Source: an uncultured bacterium
GTDB taxonomy: Bacteria > Verrucomicrobiota > Verrucomicrobiia > Limisphaerales > UBA8199
Assembly (NCBI GenBank): GCA_963749495.1
Contig: CAVVMW010000001.1
Coordinates: 512,001 to 576,000 of the forward strand
Length of the DNA stretch: 64,000 nt
Direction: 5' to 3'
Shown here piece by piece: positions 63,656 to 64,000 of this stretch. Numbering within the stretch: the first letter of the stretch is position 1; each line of letters begins with the position of its first letter. The notes beneath the pieces were generated by a model that had not been told where the DNA came from, did no database searches, and was given only the letters and a program-made list of their open reading frames with translations. The translations under genes and the position numbers were made by a program.

Positions 63656-63762
63656 CCTTTGTCGCGACCTTTGTCGCAGCCTTTGTCGCAACCTTTGTCG
63701 CAGACTTTGTCGATAGCCGACTAGCTCGACAAAGGTTGCGACAAAGGCTGCGACGAAGGTTC
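63656..63762. repeat. 12-mer tandem/inverted element overlapping the flhB 3' end
   Basis: CTTTGTCG x5 then CGACAAAGG inverted units. Confidence 0.85.
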
Positions 63763-64000
63763 CGCACGCGCGCGCCTGCTCTGCGAAGAAGCCGCAGGCT
63801 CGGCTCCCAGCGGTCCCGTCGCCTTCAAGCTCTCGGCATAGTAGCGATACGGATTGGTGCGATAGACGTAGGCGAAGACCTCGGCGACGGCCGCGTAGAG
63901 CTGGGCGGGGATTTCGCGGCCGATCTTGCCGTATTTCCACATGAGCCGGGCCAGCGGCTTGTTCTCGACGATGGGCACGCCGTGGAGGCGGGCGAGTTCG
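63721..64000 (-). CDS. flhB: FlhB C-terminal part (gene starts beyond the window)
   Basis: [14 protein letters not shown]...[15 protein letters not shown]; upstream of flhA. Confidence 0.88.
   Translation of the reverse strand, partial: ELARLHGVPIVENKPLARLMWKYGKIGREIPAQLYAAVAEVFAYVYRTNPYRYYAESLKATGPLGAEPAASSQSRRARAEPSSQPLSQPLSS

Overview
GC-rich bacterial window, most likely Verrucomicrobiota subdivision 3 (Pedosphaera/Limisphaera-like). This is inferred from an H-X9-DG prepilin, a typical C-terminal ...STNL.NW...FYRV module and the repeat families. Left to right: (1) a type II secretion operon gspE-F-G-H-I-J-K-L-M-(C-like)-D, with the secretin split into two genes; (2) an orphan sensor kinase and a REP-flanked Y1 (IS200/RAYT-like) transposase; (3) TolC, a Tat-exported prenyltransferase-fold protein, a prepilin, an SSS transporter, GH51, Fe-ADH, ABM and Gfo/Idh/MocA genes; (4) an accessory/defence island at ~28.3-52.4 kb; (5) AKR, GH32 and part of a flagellar cluster (flhB-flhA-flhF-orf-fliA-motA-motB) with two sigma54 promoter motifs. 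The island holds a Dam-family MTase plus SacI-like endonuclease, an IS4 element with a passenger gene inserted in a REP hairpin, a VTC/DUF4956 pair, a cluster of intact and internally deleted toxin-antitoxin modules, and an 8 kb block with a giant surface protein between 450-bp direct repeats. It also holds an uncharacterised six-gene nucleotide-modification operon: cytosine-type thymidylate-synthase homolog, B12 radical SAM, dNMP kinase, HAM1-HIT fusion, SAM methyltransferase and truncated pyruvate kinase. That operon is the best candidate for an undescribed system. The second theme is a dense set of more than ten REP, MITE and short tandem repeat families. They sit in frame in pseudopilin leader peptides and the FlhF linker, supply start and stop signals, and nest inside IS-like ends. 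About a dozen single-base frameshifts look like long-read assembly errors. All family calls come from motif recognition by eye; no database searches were run.
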